DNA from: Coniocarpon cinnabarinum
Lineage: Eukaryota
Assembly: GCA_051942205.1 (NCBI GenBank)
Contig: JAVECO010000095.1
Coordinates: 62,001 to 86,781 of the forward strand
DNA length: 24,781 nt
Direction of reading: 5' to 3'
The stretch's first letter is position 1, and every line of letters begins with the position of its first letter. Positions 22,126-24,781 of this stretch are shown piece by piece. Both the position numbers and the translations under genes were made by a program. The notes beneath the pieces were generated by a model. It searched no databases, was not told the origin of the DNA, and saw nothing but the letters and a program-made list of their open reading frames with translations.

Positions 22126-23538
22126 TTAGCGCGAAGCTGCTGATGATCGCCACTGTTCGCCGCCACCGAATCGTTGAGCCTCAACCAGCTTTCGACCTTC
22201 TCGAAGCTCCTTTTCATCGTCCCACTGCCAGACATAGTTGCTGCGGCCTTCCACTTCCAGTCGCATCTTGTCCAAGTCGCCATCGATCCCGGGGCGATTG
22301 AATGACCACACGTTTGCGGCCTCCCGGCTCGTGTCCACAATGTACTGTGTACGCGGGCGACGAACAAGGTCGAATGCACGGAAAGCCGTCTGCAAGCTCG
22401 ATCCGAGCGACTTGGCGTGGCCCATGAGCTCGCCCAGAATGTAAGCGTCCTCAATAGCCATTGATGCTCCAGCTCCCAAAGCAGGGCATGTAGCGTGAGC
22501 AGCGTCTCCCAGCATCACCGCATTTCCCTTGTAGTATGTCGAAGCCGGCGCATCATGCGTGTCAAACAAGGCCCAAAGATCCCAATCGGTCATGATCTTG
22601 TTGACTTTTTGCACCGTCGGGCACCATCCCTCATACTGCTTGTGGAGGTCGACACCGTGCTTCTGATATGTCACAACCCAATCATCATGGGGCCAATCGC
22701 CGTTATCGGTGGCGTACCACACTGCGACTACAGTAGTCCGGTCAGCTTCTGTCAACATCTATGTATCTCGGGCCCTCATGAGTAGAGACAGCAGCTCACC
22801 GAAAACGGAATTGATGTCGGACACGGGAAGTGTCACCACAAATTTACCGGGACCAACGTAGAGAATGCTGTTGAGGACACGGTCGGCACCAAGTTCTTCT
22901 CTTGCTTTGTCAAGGGGAATCACGCCGCGGTGGATGAACTTTCCGGAATAGTGAACGACGGAAGCGGGGTCATCGGCTCCAAGGATATGCTTGCGCACAA
23001 GACTGTGAATTCCATCTGCACCGATGACGGCACCATGAGTTGCTTCACTGCCGTCGCGGAAATGAAGTCGTACTCCCTCCGACGGGCCGTCTAGATTTTC
23101 GATGCGCTTCACCTTGCTGCCAAATTTGACGATGCCTTCAGGAATGAGCTTGTACATGGCCAGCAGTACGGCGTTGCGCGGGCTGGTAATCTGACCACCC
23201 TCACACACGTGGGCGCTGAAAATGTCTTCAGCTTTCCAGGAAGAGTAGCTTGCGTCTTCGTAGCCCAGGCGGTAGGTGACATTTGCTTTGTCGTTGGGAT
23301 TGAGATTGCGGCTGCAGGAATTATCGACGTGCTCCCAAAGTTGCGGATCAATGAGTCCATAGGCTTTGCGCGCGTTTGGTGGTAGAGTGATGCCGCCGCG
23401 GATCTCAGAAAACGATGTGATGGATTCATATATGGTGACCTTGAATCCATGTTTCAAGAGATCGAGAGCGACTCCAATTCCGCCGATGCCAGCGCCAATG
23501 ACGGCAATATCAAAGAGTCCGACGGTGTCAGGAGCCAT
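22126..23538 (-). CDS. Salicylate hydroxylase-like FAD-dependent monooxygenase: complement(join(22126..22727,22800..23538)), 446 aa
   Basis: IAVIGAGIGG, IGADGIHSLVR and MLGDAAHATCPALGAGASMAIEDA. Intron 22728-22799 (GTGAGC..GCTGAC..TAG) joins the two ORFs in frame (1341 nt). Confidence 0.9.
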
Positions 23539-23798
23539 GATTGGCTCGTAGCATGTAAGGTTATGTGTTCAAGACGAACGGCCGAATATCACGCTGAATC
23601 TTTCTCTGAGAGGTTGGAAAAGTCAAAGGAGTTTGTCCAAGTTATTTTGGCTGAATGCTTGCCCTAAATAATCTGCTCAAGGCCATCTGCGCGCAACGGC
23701 TCTCACGTGGACCTTGCTTTTCATGTCCGCTTCTAACCGCGAAACTCGGGAGGTGGAGAAAGGCAGGAAATGAGTGGCTCAAGGTGCTACGGTGAGTA

Positions 23799-23836
23799 AT
23801 GCTGATAGCCGTGTCATGCTGATAGTCGTGTCATGC
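23799..23836. repeat. 17-bp tandem duplication (ATGCTGATAGYCGTGTC x2.2)
   Basis: atgctgatagccgtgtc atgctgatagtcgtgtc atgc, read directly; one mismatch between copies. Confidence 0.9.
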
Positions 23837-24410
23837 GAAAAAAATAAATCGTGCGCGCGAGCGCCGACGCTTATTCATCTTGATAATGGATGCAGATTAA
23901 CCAGGCTCATCGCATGCTGTAACGAATGAAACCACGAGCGCCAGGACAACACAGCAATCATGCAATGATTCCAATGATGTATCCTCGCACTACTCACAGA
24001 TGGCTGAGCATCAGAGTCACAGCCCGGTCTAGCAGCCTCAGAGATGCTGCTTGGAGTGTAGGGTGCATGCAGCTACTCGAGTGTGTGCACACTGCGATAC
24101 TGCTCGAATGGGTGTATGGGATGAGGTTGAAGGATCTCACCGCAAGAGCTTTCGGCTCCCGAACTTTCTATCGAGTAGTCCTGCACGTAGGCCTGGCTTC
24201 AGACTGTAGTGTCTGTTCGACGCTGTCCTGAAAGCTTCATTGTGGCTACTTTCGAGCTCAGTTGCTCGCGTCTATGAGGATGGATCGTAATCTTCCCACT
24301 CCTCGCGCAATCACCGAAAAGGTCTTCGTTTTCGCCCAAGCCAGTTTCGTGCGAGCTTACGCCGTGGTACCTCGCACGAGATGACTCCAGCCCCATCGTG
24401 AGTCGCGGGC

Positions 24411-24648
24411 GTTTACAACCTGTCTAATCAAGCGAAATACAGTTAGGGTATATTACAACCACGTTATAGGCACATGGCCGTCCTAGATTTATAGCCTTAC
24501 AATACGTCTAAAAACATTAGGTTTATGTTTAGAATATAGCAAAGCTAGATCTTTGTAGTAATTAAGTAACTTCTTATAGTTAATTATAGAAAGACTAATA
24601 ATAGTTAGTCTAAGCTTTTTATATAATATATATATCTTCTAAGCTTAG
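24411..24648. other. AT-rich, TpA-enriched segment consistent with a RIP-degraded repeat or transposon relic
   Basis: Abrupt drop in GC with dense TA/TAG/TAA, few CA/TG dinucleotides and no ORFs. The element family cannot be identified and the left boundary is approximate. Confidence 0.65.
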
Positions 24649-24781
24649 TATTATTACTAATATTACTACTAATATTACTACTAATATTACTACTAATATT
24701 ACTACTAATATTACTACTAATATTACTACTAATATTACTACTAATATTACTACTAATATTACTACTAATATTACTACTAAT
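24649..24781. repeat. 12-bp tandem array (TATTACTACTAA)n, at least 11 copies, running off the window end
   Basis: One variant unit (TATTATTACTAA, 24649-24660) followed by 10 perfect units from 24661 to 24780. Confidence 0.97.

Noticed and set aside
2288..23538. A triterpenoid biosynthetic cluster built around the oxidosqualene cyclase with the GST, MFS, hydrolase and monooxygenases
   Set aside because: The cyclase has lanosterol-synthase signatures (GTNG, QGYTV, FNKSC rather than the protostadienol-synthase APPGGMR). It is flanked by housekeeping genes, lies more than 13 kb from the hydrolase and monooxygenases, and no P450 or acyltransferase is present.
12..24396. The many short or antisense ORFs in the track (for example 435..812, 1856..2278, 3112..3534, 5385..5711, 11768..12187, 19784..20305, 20067..20567, 23926..24231)
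   Set aside because: They overlap well-supported genes or lie in promoters, often start at non-ATG codons, and show no recognisable motifs. I treated them as shadow ORFs.
24453..24458. Telomeric TTAGGG
   Set aside because: It is a single hexamer, and the terminal array is a different 12-mer.
24649..24781. CRISPR-like array
   Set aside because: The units are head-to-tail with no spacers, and the context is eukaryotic.

Overview
Eukaryotic DNA from a filamentous ascomycete (Pezizomycotina-type), judged from short GT-AG introns with CTRAY branch points and a RIP-like AT-rich end. I rebuilt 12 protein-coding genes by hand; every spliced model has a length divisible by 3. The left and central part is a dense, mostly housekeeping block: PP1 inhibitor-2/Glc8, lanosterol synthase ERG7, an unknown 4-TM protein with a long disordered tail, NOP10, LCL2, an omega-like GST and NOB1. 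The right part is more accessory: a DHA2-type MFS transporter, a WRN-type 3'-5' exonuclease with an HRDC-like segment, an MpaH/Lpx1-like alpha/beta-hydrolase ending in -TKL, and two FAD-dependent monooxygenases. The window ends in TpA-rich, RIP-like sequence and a (TATTACTACTAA)n tandem array. I saw no tRNA, rRNA, snRNA, CRISPR array or intact transposon. Nothing here proves a new biological system. The best leads are: (i) the orphan membrane protein, which has SILK and RVxF PP1-docking motifs and lies near Glc8; (ii) the hydrolase plus two monooxygenases (and MFS) beside the RIP border, with no backbone enzyme in the window; (iii) the helicase-less WRN-exonuclease/HRDC fusion. All family assignments come from recognising motifs, not from database searches.
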